Shown: piece after piece, positions 21,505-32,740 of the stretch
Numbering within the stretch: position 1 is the stretch's first letter
How the letters are laid out: every line of letters starts with the position of its first letter
Assembly (NCBI GenBank): GCA_963841565.1
Contig: CAWJCY010000009.1
Location: 20,443 to 84,442, forward strand
Direction of reading: 5' to 3'
Origin: an uncultured Nitrososphaerales archaeon
Lineage (GTDB): Archaea > Thermoproteota > Nitrososphaeria > Nitrososphaerales > Nitrososphaeraceae
Length of the DNA: 64,000 nt
Notes under the pieces: generated by a model
Told to the model about the DNA's origin: nothing
The model's database searches: none
Seen by the model: the letters and a program-made list of their open reading frames with translations, nothing else
Translations under genes and position numbers: made by a program

Positions 21505-21702
21505 TTTATTGGCTATATAAAATTAGAAAACATATCTATTAATACTTTCAAAATGACTTCTAATCTGAATTGTGAGAGCAAACACGAAGGGCCTAGACAG
21601 ATGCCACAATTGTCAACATGAGCTGAGATATTCCCGGAGGAAGGGCTATTTTTAATTATCAATTTAACATCAGAGTTTGGCAATCACGTACGGCCCCCAT
21701 CG

Positions 21703-21722
21703 TCCATCCATCCATCCATCCA
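21703..21722. repeat. (TCCA)5 tetranucleotide microsatellite
   Basis: tccatccatccatccatcca, intergenic. Confidence 0.85.
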
Positions 21723-21780
21723 TTTATGTTTCGCATATCTTTAAAATCTTTTTTATACTAATACCAGCTAAACTCTTCAG

Positions 21781-21882
21781 ATGAGTAATACCGACAGAAA
21801 AAAGGATACTATCGGTACTTACAATGAATATAAGGAATTGAGGAAATGGAAATATGGGCTTGTATGTAGTTTATATCGCTAG
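21781..21882 (+). CDS. Putative 33-aa microprotein
   Basis: MSNTDRKKDTIGTYNEYKELRKWKYGLVCSLYR*; TTTTATAC 23-30 bp upstream. Confidence 0.45.
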   Translation: MSNTDRKKDTIGTYNEYKELRKWKYGLVCSLYR

Positions 21883-22215
21883 CGATACTAGCTACGCCTA
21901 GTCCAATTTATACTTGGGAGCTCGTTTCTTAGACTAGTAACATACTACCTACTAATAAGGCTAATACCTAAAATCCGTGCATAATGCATACATTTGATTA
22001 CTTGCCAAAAAGTATCTTCTGAATGCTGACAACTACCATTGGTTAGCCCACATTGGTTGGGAGATTTACTTTGAACTGCTGTCAAAATAATAACTTAATC
22101 AATAACGTACTTGGGATTTTTGGTTGAAGAAATGAAATCATCATAAGCATTTGTGAAGCAAAATTAGAAAAGATTTAAGTTCTGCCATGTCCTTAAAGAG
22201 ATGGTATAGCGGCAC

Positions 22216-22458
22216 GTGAGTAAGCTTATACAAAATAAACGAAACGACCTTAATACTACCAGAATCACTGGAAAGTGTATATGTATGCCAAATAATATTA
22301 CGATCACTCCAGTGTATCGTATCCGTGATAGCATGTCTTATCACGTAGTTAGGTGTAATTATTGTGGAGAGGAGTGGGCAGAATATTGGATTAGTTATAG
22401 ATATATGCTCTTTTCTCTGATAGATCAAAGCCAAAACCAAAAATGGGTTGGGTCATGA
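22216..22458 (+). CDS. Small zinc-ribbon-like protein
   Basis: CIC...VRCNYCGEEWAEYW (CxC...CxxC..W). Confidence 0.55.
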   Translation: MSKLIQNKRNDLNTTRITGKCICMPNNITITPVYRIRDSMSYHVVRCNYCGEEWAEYWISYRYMLFSLIDQSQNQKWVGS

Positions 22459-22879
22459 TCCTGTCGAGTCCACTCTCATAGCTTTGCGGTCATGATTAGG
22501 TCTGAGCTGCTTTATATTCTTTGGATATCGAACGTGATTCCAACTAACCGTAATTTCACAATGTCCCATCCTCCATGCTGTCTATATCGCCTTCCCAAAT
22601 CAGTGCATTTAATTTCCAAATGGGACCATTAATCCTAACGTCACCAAGCCGCTGTATTCAAAGGTCTGTAACAACATGCCCTAAAATAAAAGTCGGAGTT
22701 CAGAAACATATGAAATTCTAGTCTTACATCAATTTTTTCATGATCGGAAGATGTGGATAGCTATCCATAACTTCCAGCGTTAAATGAAAATGTCTAGATT
22801 CTCTTGACTACGTATATAGCACTATATTAAATAAAACCGTTTATTGGCCTACAAGTCTTATTAATCATAAAGAGCAATA

Positions 22880-23533
22880 TTGCACATTATGTCCAGCTAT
22901 CCAGTCAATGAAATGAAAAATAACTATTATGCTTTTAATTATGCGTCTACTTTGAACCTTCGGTATAAGAGCCGCTCAAAAAATGGTACGATGATTGGTA
23001 ATGAAGATCATGGATCGGAATATCTGGGAATACCCATGACAATCATAATCCCTCCTGAAAATATTAGTCAATTGCAGTTTGAATCTGAAATTAAACAAGT
23101 CAGCCTAAACACAAAAATCAACCAAATAATCAAAGATCACCTGGATTGGCATGCAGACGCCCATGAAGCAAAGATGTATTATGTTCCCAGATCATTGATA
23201 ACTAATACAGTAAATCACCTTACAGAACAACAACTTTCTGTGGTAGCACAATCTGTAGTAAATGATTTCCGAGATATGAGTTTGCTTTTACGTGGGGAGT
23301 ATACCTTTTCATCATTTTTTGATATTCTTAATATTTGGTTGAAGATTACAGAAACACCTAATCGATTCGAAGAAAGCGAACACGAATACAAAGTTGTAAT
23401 CAGACATGGCATGGGATACAAATATTCGTACTTTATCAAGGAAGTGTATAGACAAGTCATAGAACTAAGATACCACAAATCAATTCACTACAATATTACT
23501 GACAACTCTGTAGTGATTAGAGGCGCGAAATAA
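22880..23533 (+). CDS. Hypothetical protein, possible N-terminal ribbon-helix-helix-like region
   Basis: TIIIPPENISQLQFESEIKQVSLNTKINQIIKDHLDW...VVIRHGMGYKYSYF resembles a family expanded in Nitrososphaera (from memory). Confidence 0.65.
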   Translation: MHIMSSYPVNEMKNNYYAFNYASTLNLRYKSRSKNGTMIGNEDHGSEYLGIPMTIIIPPENISQLQFESEIKQVSLNTKINQIIKDHLDWHADAHEAKMYYVPRSLITNTVNHLTEQQLSVVAQSVVNDFRDMSLLLRGEYTFSSFFDILNIWLKITETPNRFEESEHEYKVVIRHGMGYKYSYFIKEVYRQVIELRYHKSIHYNITDNSVVIRGAK

Positions 23534-23967
23534 CTATTCCAGTACATACTACATCTTCACCACCCATAAAAGTTTGATTTTAGAATTTGAAATGTCAGGG
23601 CAACATATTGTAATTTAGTAAGGTACAGGATTCGGTGCAATCAAGGTTATAATAAATGCTTTATAATTAGCTTATTCCAGAATAAGATTTAAAGGTTATA
23701 TCTATGGTATTTTAGACTGTAGGTCTTAATGTTAGTAGGTAGTTTCAGTCTGTCAAACTGTATTAGAGATCGAATATCATGTGGCGAGAATGGGACTAAT
23801 CCGAGTAATCATTTTTATCCGATTTATTGTAAAACATCATACATGATAGAAAATAAACCGGCTATATCATGTTCAAACAAAACAATCATTAACACCACCA
23901 AAGTAAGAGGTTTGCATTTTCCCCAGCAAAGATACTAATAGTATGCACGCATTAATTGTACTAGAAA

Positions 23968-24378
23968 ATGAGTGATCCTGAGAAATTGAAAAATAATAAT
24001 GAAGAACACCATAATTTTGATTCTACTGATACTGATACTAGTAAGAAATCTGAGTCATCAAGCATTACGGGTTTCAAGCAAAAAATTGTAGGTAAAATAA
24101 CTGGAACATCGGATAGTAAAATGGATGAAAATGATGTCTCTCTTTCTGAGTCTATTAGGATCTCTAACAATATTAGGATGATACTTCTGGGCTTATTTGC
24201 ATTAATAGGATTTATTATTCTAGTTTTCGCTATTTTCACAGCTAGCGTTAGTGTTGAATTAGCCCAGATCGCCACCAGTGTATTTATGGCAGCCTTTATT
24301 GCGGCTATCGTTGGAGCATTTACGTTATTTGGGGTTGTAGTGTATCAAATCCGTGGTGAGTATAGAACGAGGCAATAA
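23968..24378 (+). CDS. Two-TM membrane protein
   Basis: Polar N-terminus and two long hydrophobic helices. Confidence 0.7.
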   Translation: MSDPEKLKNNNEEHHNFDSTDTDTSKKSESSSITGFKQKIVGKITGTSDSKMDENDVSLSESIRISNNIRMILLGLFALIGFIILVFAIFTASVSVELAQIATSVFMAAFIAAIVGAFTLFGVVVYQIRGEYRTRQ

Positions 24379-24755
24379 TCATAATCACCTCTAAATTGAG
24401 AGCCTAGGTAATGCTACGAATGCAGGACGCATGATTTTAGTAGTAAACTTGGGAGCCGCGACAGCACATATTTGTAACATTTAGATCTATCTACTTTAGG
24501 TGATTAGTCGATGCAAGAAGATGGGAGCAGTGCCCCTTGACAAAACTCGACGCTGATGCAAAGCAATTTCCAATTATTATATTATTAATGTCAGCAATTT
24601 CAAATAGATGCTCAATGGGTTTCTCTGCTAATCAATAATTGTACGTTTGCTTTTTACTACAGACAGAGTTAGAATCGAAGAACCTCAATTCCATCGATCA
24701 GATTTTGGAATAAGATAAAAATTGATTTGTTCTGGAATCTGGTCAACGAAGAATC

Positions 24756-24872
24756 TTATTTGTGATTTTTGTCGTAATGCATGATAAATTCCGTATCACT
24801 CTCGAATACGACGTTGCATTTGCTACACATTACAGGTTCCTCGTTATTTTCTCTATCTCTATTATCCAACAT
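24756..24872 (-). CDS. Single C2H2 zinc-finger microprotein (38 aa)
   Basis: MLDNRDRENNEEPVMCSKCNVVFESDTEFIMHYDKNHK*; TTTATAAA at 24909-24916 and GAGGGA before the ATG. Confidence 0.8.
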   Translation of the reverse strand: MLDNRDRENNEEPVMCSKCNVVFESDTEFIMHYDKNHK

Positions 24873-25237
24873 GACTCGAATCCCTCTTCTACAAAATAGA
24901 AAAAATCGTTTATAAATATTTCACTGCTTGAAACAAAATAGGGTGAAACCCATAGTTGATGTACGCATAAATCATTCAATGAAGGACATAGTTAAAACAC
25001 TTCCGCTCATTGTAGTCATCGGGGCGATTCTTATTCGGGCCAGAGTGGTATTACCTCTCATATAGCATTGTAAAAGATTATTACCCCAGCTCAATAACAT
25101 AGTTGTCTTGACTGACAACGTTGACAATCCTGACACACGCCATCTAGGGAAACATTTTGTAAATGCATTATACCACTTCATCTGTTCAGAATCAGTCAAA
25201 TGCTGAGCGTGAATTTGCAAAAGTGTTCAAAATATAT

Positions 25238-25306
25238 TGTTAACATTTACAAATTATGTAAACATTTTTTCGTCGTGTTAACAAAATCTGTTAACGGTTG
25301 TAAACG
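25238..25306. promoter_or_regulatory. Array of five TGTWAACR boxes, putative operator array
   Basis: TGTTAACA 25238, TGTAAACA 25257, TGTTAACA 25276, TGTTAACG 25289, TGTAAACG 25299. Confidence 0.45.
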
Positions 25307-25795
25307 GGCTTATTTTGTCAAAAGAGGTTCAAATTGGCGTTTTTTATTACAGTAGACTAATGTCGTAGAAATTGCTGCCAATAACTAACGATTGCTAAAC
25401 TATTAAGATCGACTATAAGATTTTGCTTGAAATAGCGAAAATACCCTTCATCCATCAGTGGGGTCTGAAGTCTTATCTCCTGCATGTAAGAGGCTCTTTT
25501 TGGCCAGTCCCGTATTTGGCCTTTCCTCTCTACCTCAATTGTGCTTCGGGGAACGGGACCGAAACCCGCTGCACCATTTATGCAGGAGACTAAAATTATA
25601 AGCAAACTTTGTTTAATAATGCTTACCCTGTCTGGATTTCTCCTATAATAATACGATACCTTTGTGTCAGAAAATATATGAAACTGTTCTAATCCATTTT
25701 TTCTCGACATACTCTGAACTGTATGTACGAACAAATCTCAGACGAATTTGTTAAGCATATATAGCATAAATTCATAACTAACTACAGGAATTCCT

Positions 25796-26248
25796 ATGGT
25801 ATTTCTTGGCAAAAGACATCTTCATCTCCCTGAAAGCGATCACATTGTAGACGGACTAATTGGGCTATTGAGCTCAGCAAATTCAGGGTCTATAAAACTG
25901 GATTTTGCCAGCAAACCAGCTGCAGAAATCGGCATCTATGGTAAAGATAATCACGACAATAGCAGCAAGAAGTGGATCAAAGTAGATCTGTTGGAACCAG
26001 GTCTTTTTAAGCTCCAAGATGACGATCTCAGTTTATTCGACAAATTGAGAAGTGCTACAGAATTCGCTCAAAAATTGTCTGATAATATGCTAACCTTATC
26101 GTTATTAAGAAAGGGTAAAGAAGCAATCACATTGGGGGAAGGGGCTCATCCATCGTTTTCGAGACTAATCACGAGAAGCGATGATATTCAGGTAAATAGT
26201 TTGAAGGAATCAACCAAATTAAGGGAGGATTTCAAAGACGAAGATTAG
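25796..26248 (+). CDS. Hypothetical protein
   Basis: 150-aa ORF with ATG and protein-like composition. Confidence 0.7.
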   Translation: MVFLGKRHLHLPESDHIVDGLIGLLSSANSGSIKLDFASKPAAEIGIYGKDNHDNSSKKWIKVDLLEPGLFKLQDDDLSLFDKLRSATEFAQKLSDNMLTLSLLRKGKEAITLGEGAHPSFSRLITRSDDIQVNSLKESTKLREDFKDED

Positions 26249-26912
26249 AGGATTCGATCTCCTCTTGTTAGAAATTTAGAAATTTAGTGAAGTTTTGAAT
26301 CCCACTACTATCGAATATGCTACTTTCTCTTTGATGAATACTTTATCGATGGAATGTTAAACAGACAATGCATATTCGGAGGCTGTGTGATGAAGTATAA
26401 TCCTTCATAGAAAAAAATTAGATAGGTCATTTCTTGAACCTATGGCTAAGAGCTTTAGTTAATGAAATTATATCGATAATATTAAATGACTCATTTACAA
26501 TAATAATAGTGAGATCGATAAATAGCCCGCTAAGGTTTCTCGTTGTTACCGATTGCTGACCAATAACCATTGCAAGAAGTTAGAGTCCCAGCTGATTGTG
26601 ATATTAGTTATACCAATTGAATATCCCATGGTCAATACTCTCTCATCTAGTGCAACATCAATAATTTGTAACTACTTGCGATCGATTACTTGAATTGTAT
26701 TGTAGAATAGTAAATGTCTCATGCTGGCCTTTGATCGATAACATCGTTGATATTGATCAGATAACGCAAAATTACTGCATTTAAAGACGCAAATGGATCA
26801 AATAGAATAGTTTTGTCAGATAGTGATGGTTGTCCATTATAGTTGCATTAATGTTCAACTTCTAAAGTTAGAAAGGAGCCCAACATGGAGATTTATTTGT
26901 TCTTCACCAATA

Positions 26913-28835
26913 TTAATTTCCGCCGCCAAACATGTTTGCTATTGCTTGACCTAATTGTTCAAATGGATTTTGCCCTGGTGTTGGGCCTGATGTTGCTGCT
27001 GTTTGATTTTGTTGCGACTGCGGCTGTTCTGTTAGGTTGTTGCTAGACTGTACTGGTGCTGGCGCTGCTATTTCTGCTGTTTGATTTTGTTGCGACTGCG
27101 GCTGTTCTGTTAGGTTGTTGGTATTGTTCGACTGTACTGGTGTTGGGCCTGATGTTGCTGCTGTTTGATTTTGTTGCGACTGCGGCTGTTCTGTTAGGTT
27201 GTTGCTAGACTGTACTGGTGCTGGTGCAGCTATTGCTGTTTCATTGGTTTGCTCTGACACAACTACAGTGCCCCTTGCAATACCATTTCTAGTACGATCA
27301 ACAGGAGGAGGCGTCTCTGATTTCTGATCAGGCTGAGACTGAAGGCCTGTAATGGTTAAAACTAATTGGTGCGTACCAGGGGCTGGGAACTTAATTGTCT
27401 GCGTATCCTCAGAATTCTTTGCAGTCAAGCCCTTCTTTTCAAAGACTTGTGTGCCATTACTATCAAGTACTGAGAGGTCGTACAATACGTCTGCATTAAG
27501 AGGTCCTCCAGAAAACGCGTCAGTAAAATTGAACTTGGCAATTGATTCTGTATTTGCCCGAATAGGAGTTGGTGACCATAATACATTGGCATGAATTCCA
27601 CCCGTGTCAGAGAGGAGATCGGTAGAGGTTGCACTCGTGGAGGAAGTAGGGGGCGCAGCTGCTGCCTGGCCCTGGGAGCTTGTGCCATTGGTCATACCGC
27701 TCGCAACAGTCGTCGGGGCTCCTGGCTGAGTGGTCCTAAGTGTAAATTCCATTATGCCACTTACGTTCTGTTTGTTGGAAGCATCTCCCCCTCCAAGTGA
27801 TACCGGCTGCATATTTGCGGTAGTGGTAGTAGAATTACTCTGACCCGTTGCAGTCGCATTCCCGCCTCGTTGCTCCTGTTGCTGCCATTCGTTAGCAATT
27901 TTGATGACGTCGTTCTTATTGATTAGATAATGCAAAATTACAGCATCTGGAGATGTAAATGGATCAATTGCAAGAGTTCTGCCAGATATTGGTTGTCCAT
28001 TTACAGTTGCGTTAAATATGCTACTCCCAAACAGAGCCTTTGGCAACTTGATCTCTTCGTGGACAAAAATTGGATTCTTCTCCAGTCTTTGAACATCATA
28101 ATAGAATGGCATAGACCAAGAGAACTCACCAGTGGTCGAATTAAAGTTGAAATCATCTATCTTGTCGTAATAAGATATAAGGGTTGTATTAAATGGCTTT
28201 TCTTCGTAGGTCAAATTGTCAAAATTGAAGACATCACCTACGCTCAGGAAGGTTTCAAATTTGGGAGCCTTGTCTGGAACAAAGATGTTTCTATCATTGT
28301 CAACTCCGAATATTTGAACATCAATTCTATACAATCCGCCCTCCTGCAAAATAGGTCCTCTCAAGTTTATGGTCCCGCCTGGATCCGCTACATATGCGGC
28401 TTGAAATGGGTCCCTATCCCCGAAAATGGTTAAGGAACCATTTGATGGCTCAACTTTGAGAGTCAATAATCCATTATGTGCGTGGAAAAAATCACGTACG
28501 AGTGGTTTCTCGCCTTCAACTGGGTTTGCACCTTTGCTAACGCTAATATCGTATGTTACATGCTGGACTGTTTCATTAGTTTTGGCATCGAACAACCTAA
28601 ATTGCAGATATGCATCTCCCCCTGTTGCGGTTGTATAAATTGGGGGACTAATCTTTACGAACAGACTTCCTTCTCTATTTCCAAGACTTGCTGGGGGAAG
28701 GTTTTCTTGCGTCAGGCCATCACCATGAGCTTGCTGCGTAATTATATTTTCAAAGGCGAAAAGGATGATAGCAAATGTTAGAATATAGACGATTCCGAAT
28801 TGTAAATTAGAAACTTTCATTCTGGGTAAATTCAA
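26913..28835 (-). CDS. Secreted/surface protein of a thaumarchaeal family with Q/N/T-rich repetitive tail
   Basis: Signal peptide, then DGLTQENLPP...RLFDAKTNETVQHVTY...FFHAHNG, beta-rich domains and a low-complexity tail. Confidence 0.85.
   Translation of the reverse strand: MNLPRMKVSNLQFGIVYILTFAIILFAFENIITQQAHGDGLTQENLPPASLGNREGSLFVKISPPIYTTATGGDAYLQFRLFDAKTNETVQHVTYDISVSKGANPVEGEKPLVRDFFHAHNGLLTLKVEPSNGSLTIFGDRDPFQAAYVADPGGTINLRGPILQEGGLYRIDVQIFGVDNDRNIFVPDKAPKFETFLSVGDVFNFDNLTYEEKPFNTTLISYYDKIDDFNFNSTTGEFSWSMPFYYDVQRLEKNPIFVHEEIKLPKALFGSSIFNATVNGQPISGRTLAIDPFTSPDAVILHYLINKNDVIKIANEWQQQEQRGGNATATGQSNSTTTTANMQPVSLGGGDASNKQNVSGIMEFTLRTTQPGAPTTVASGMTNGTSSQGQAAAAPPTSSTSATSTDLLSDTGGIHANVLWSPTPIRANTESIAKFNFTDAFSGGPLNADVLYDLSVLDSNGTQVFEKKGLTAKNSEDTQTIKFPAPGTHQLVLTITGLQSQPDQKSETPPPVDRTRNGIARGTVVVSEQTNETAIAAPAPVQSSNNLTEQPQSQQNQTAATSGPTPVQSNNTNNLTEQPQSQQNQTAEIAAPAPVQSSNNLTEQPQSQQNQTAATSGPTPGQNPFEQLGQAIANMFGGGN
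26977..27240 (-). repeat. Intragenic tandem repeats encoding NNLTEQPQSQQNQTA x3 with alternating linkers
   Basis: Identical 42-bp core at 27001-27042, 27079-27120 and 27163-27204. Confidence 0.9.
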
Positions 28836-29169
28836 TTGTGCTGCATAAACCTTCCCAAATTCCCTATTTAATTATTACATTTTGGAGATTATTCCTCCAA
28901 TTTTTTGCCACTAATTTGTGAACATTGTGTTCATGCTCGCGCTATGTATCAGTTTACGACTTTCAAATATTCAAGCATGTTACCTTACTTAGTGATCTGT
29001 CGTTGCTTTTTAGAACTCATACCGAATAAGATGCTATTTTCGTCATATAATAATCAAGTAAGAAAAAAGCAATTATCGTATCGCTCAATTAATAAAATAA
29101 TCGTTGATTATGGAACAAAATTATTAAGGATATCCTATATCATAATCTCCTAGTAATTGCATTTGCTCG

Positions 29170-29610
29170 TTACTTAATTTGACTACAATTACGCAGAAGT
29201 ATGTCCTTGATCTCCTCGTCATCCCCGAGCAGGGCATTGACATATCTGTTTCTGTCATCAAATGGTATTCCCTCCTCGATAAAGGCAGATTCTAAAGAAT
29301 CGAGCGCCAAAAGTTTCCATCTATTCTGAATTGCAATATCTATTGTATTGAATTTCATAAAAGTATTCTTCTAAGCGAGAAGAGAATAAATCTTGCATTT
29401 CCTATAAATGAGGCCTGATGAGCGTAAACGAGTGATACGGCTGTAATATTGGCACGGTGTTTGATTTATTTTTGACATAAGAATCAGATTCTCATCAATA
29501 GATATGTCTCTTTTTAGATGGAATTTGGAGATGTGGCCAGGTTAGTTAAAAGACAGGGACTTCTCGTCTGAAATGGCACAAAGAATCTTCGCAACTGATA
29601 GACAATCTGA
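29170..29610 (-). pseudogene. ArsR-like winged-HTH protein of a Nitrososphaera-type family, disrupted
   Basis: Fragments in different frames: SVAKILCAISDEKSL / QYYSRITRLRSSGLI / WKLLALDSLES...EEIKDIL. Confidence 0.6.
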
Positions 29611-30078
29611 CCCCGATTGATGGCATTCTTCATCGATGTTACTTTTCTCAGATTTCAGATAAGGTGTTTGTTATTCTCTTACTTTCATGAGTCATATAGC
29701 TTTGCCTATACGGGTAACCATCCACATGTAAGATAACTATGGCATACATATACTCTGTGAGACAGTTGGAGAAATTCGTTCATTAAGGCGGATTGACACC
29801 AAATATTTCAGTCATTCTACTTAACAAGGCGATTTATATGTTAAAGCCTCAAAATAACCTGTCCTAGTTCAATCCAATACCGTACCTTGTTTCGGGATTG
29901 GGTTCATCTGAAGTCTGAGACATCACTTTCATAATTGTTGCTGGACTTACTAATTGCAATTAACCCTTTCAGGTCCAAGGTTGTATTACGAACAGCTATT
30001 CACCATGAATATGGTATCCCCCCATTCCCGTCAGCGGACTTCAGTTCTTAAATCATTTGGTTATGAAATACCCTTGTC

Positions 30079-31044
30079 ATGAATACTTGGTACTCCAATA
30101 TGGCACCAAAGCTCGAGACTAAGAGTTCAAAATCATTAATTCATCCGTTTATAGTTAAGGAGCATAAGGGTCTGACAATAAACCCATATCAAGGATGCCA
30201 GCATCGATGCGGATATTGTTACGCAACTTATGAATGGTCACCTGATTTTTATGACAAAATATATGCAAAAAGCAATGCCCCTGAAATTCTAGAACGCCAG
30301 CTCAAGTCATCTAAATTCAAGAGTATTGAACCTATCATGGTATCGTCCGCAACTGACCCATATCAGCCGGCAGAAGTAAGGTACGGACTTACGCGTAGAT
30401 GTATCCAAGTGCTGCAGAAATACAAAGCACCATACTATGTGTTCACTAAATCAACTAACATACTTAGGGATTTGGATCTGCACAAGGGATACAGAGACAA
30501 ATGTTTTTTGGTGTGGTCCATTACTACTTGTGACGAGAAAATAAGACGCCTAATTGAACCTGGAACGCCTCCATCAGATGCCATTTTTAGCGCAATTAGA
30601 AAATTCATTGAAGCTGGGGTATGCTGCGTAGTAAATATCGATCCAATACTGCCTCTAATCACCGATTCTGAAGTTCATTTAGATGAGATACTAGACGCGT
30701 GTAGTGACAATAGAGTTAGACACGTTTTTGGAGCAGTACTGAGACTCAGAGCGGATATTTGGGAAAGGATGAAGACAGTATTAGTATCACTAGATATCCC
30801 TGAGGGAATTCGCAATTACCAGAAATCCATTTTTCAATTTTTAGAGCCTATTCGACCCGGAGTTAATATTGGATCATCTAAATCATATGAGAATAGGATA
30901 ATTGATATACTAAAATATAGAATCAAGTGCAAAGGCATGATAGCCGAATTTCCCACATTCCTTTGGAATATGCATAATACACCTGATCAACGTCCAAGTA
31001 TGACAAATAGTGGGCACCAACTTACATTAATGAAATATGTATAA
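30079..31044 (+). CDS. Radical SAM protein, SplB/spore photoproduct lyase-like family
   Basis: NPYQGCQHRCGYCYA (CxxxCxxC), SSATDPYQP, TKS, RRLIEPGTP. Confidence 0.9.
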   Translation: MNTWYSNMAPKLETKSSKSLIHPFIVKEHKGLTINPYQGCQHRCGYCYATYEWSPDFYDKIYAKSNAPEILERQLKSSKFKSIEPIMVSSATDPYQPAEVRYGLTRRCIQVLQKYKAPYYVFTKSTNILRDLDLHKGYRDKCFLVWSITTCDEKIRRLIEPGTPPSDAIFSAIRKFIEAGVCCVVNIDPILPLITDSEVHLDEILDACSDNRVRHVFGAVLRLRADIWERMKTVLVSLDIPEGIRNYQKSIFQFLEPIRPGVNIGSSKSYENRIIDILKYRIKCKGMIAEFPTFLWNMHNTPDQRPSMTNSGHQLTLMKYV

Positions 31045-31338
31045 TGTCAATTCGGCAAGTATTGGAACTACTATACATTAATAAAACATGTAGTAGATCT
31101 CAGTTCAAGCTAACAACAATCAACAGGCAGTTCCATTAGAACCAGTTCTAGTTTACCGTAGTATACTATTTTATGCAATAGTAGAAGAGGATCATGGTTA
31201 GCTAGATACTACGCTTAGCAAAACAATTTGGGCCATTAACTCAAATTATAGTTCGGTTACCAAAAGAACGTGAATTCCGTTATTGGTTGCATATCCTTGA
31301 TAGTATAACCATTATATAATATAGTGCTCTATGCGGTT

Positions 31339-31590
31339 ATGATGAAGAGTGAGTATTTTGCAGCAGTAACCGTTGCAGTAATTGCAACAATTTTGACAAT
31401 GGGATTTACGTCAACTATCTATGGCCAAGCAAACATGACAGGAGGAAGCATGGCAGGAGGGAACATGACAGGAGGAAACATGACGGCTGGTAACGCAACC
31501 ACTGCCAGTGGAGGAGACGGTGGAGACAACGGAGATGATGATAATGGAGACGATAACGGAGATGACGGTGAAGGCGGAGGATCCAACTAG
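31339..31590 (+). CDS. Small secreted low-complexity protein (NMT-G repeats, D/G/N-rich tail)
   Basis: Signal-like N-terminus, NMTGG/NMTAG x3, tail GDGGDNGDDDNGDDNGDDGEGG. Confidence 0.8.
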   Translation: MMKSEYFAAVTVAVIATILTMGFTSTIYGQANMTGGSMAGGNMTGGNMTAGNATTASGGDGGDNGDDDNGDDNGDDGEGGGSN

Positions 31591-31829
31591 CCTATCTGAA
31601 TAGTTTTTTGTCCTCAGATTTTGAGGAATATAATTTCAGACTCAGAAAACCATATTATTTATTTATTGTTTTACACTTATTTCAATCATGCATGGTTTTT
31701 TCTCGCCAGATAAAGACTAATGAAAGTATGCTGAATTCTCCTTGACTTTAATTACGATACAAAATAACAACCACCAATCCTTGTAAAAAAAGGCGGTTCT
31801 TGAATGTGGATCTTGAATATAGTAAATGA

Positions 31830-31994
31830 TCATCCATCCCTAGAAATCTTCCGGGCAGCCTTCTGCCTAGAATTTTCCATTTCCCTAATCGAATCAGGTA
31901 TGTCGTCGCTTCTTGGTTCTTCTCCCAATTGACCACTCGTTGCATCGTTTAATGCTTGATCTCGTTTGAATGGGTTCTTTTTTTCGGTACTCAT
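31830..31994 (-). CDS. Small hydrophilic protein (54 aa)
   Basis: MSTEKKNPFKRDQALNDATSGQLGEEPRSDDIPDSIREMENSRQKAARKISRDG*. Confidence 0.55.
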   Translation of the reverse strand: MSTEKKNPFKRDQALNDATSGQLGEEPRSDDIPDSIREMENSRQKAARKISRDG

Positions 31995-32322
31995 TTCTCT
32001 AAAAGCATTATAGATAGCATGACTAATAGGTATTTGCAAGCTAGTGCAGGAATCTAACTAAAACCATAATAAAATCCTTAGATGACCTTGGATTTCCAAA
32101 GAGTAAAATATTCCTAAATAAGGCTATACGGGATTGTCAATCTATCTATTAGCACTATCTACTTTAGCACTCCTATTTTTTTCCTTCGATCTTCAATGAG
32201 GTATGTATAGTAATGATGGTGAAGTTAGAATAGCATATCGCAAACAGCAAATATGGCACCATAGCAATTCAAATGTATAAGCGCACATCCTATGTACCTA
32301 TACACGATGAGGTGAGATCTGG

Positions 32323-32499
32323 TTGGCTACAGATAGAATAGAAAGAACTTATGAGGCTACAACTATCTTATTGGTGTTACTCGTTACCTGTACCATAGGT
32401 TGTATGATAGAGTACTTTAGATACCTACCAATTCCAATATATCTTGCGCTTTTTGTGATTGCCAGTTTTACCCTCATAAGCTGGCACTATAAATGGTAG
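32323..32499 (+). CDS. Two-TM membrane microprotein (58 aa)
   Basis: TTG start after SD-like GAGGTGA; MATDRIERTYEATTILLVLLVTCTIGCMIEYFRYLPIPIYLALFVIASFTLISWHYKW*. Confidence 0.55.
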   Translation: MATDRIERTYEATTILLVLLVTCTIGCMIEYFRYLPIPIYLALFVIASFTLISWHYKW

Positions 32500-32740
32500 A
32501 GTCCAAGAGCAGGTAAAGTGGATATCAGTATTTAACGGCCTATCTCATTCATGATTTAACTCTCTTAATTCGTAAAACTGTTGGAGTTAGGCTATAATAT
32601 TAGTGAGTCAAGTTAAACATTGGTGTTATCTATGTATTATGAGACACATGCAGATCTCCTTCATTGTCAAATCCTTGTTGTCATACATGGTAAGCATAAT
32701 TATCACTAGTAGCTTGAGAATTTAAGAAAGTCTTTTAAGA

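Noticed and set aside
24972-25734. Track ORFs 24972-25220 and 25357-25734
   Set aside because: Non-ATG starts and no recognisable family motif; probably spurious or heavily decayed
26977-27240. Three identical ~42-bp repeats with 36-42 bp gaps as a mini CRISPR array
   Set aside because: The repeats are in frame within a CDS, the gaps are themselves related to each other, and no cas genes are present
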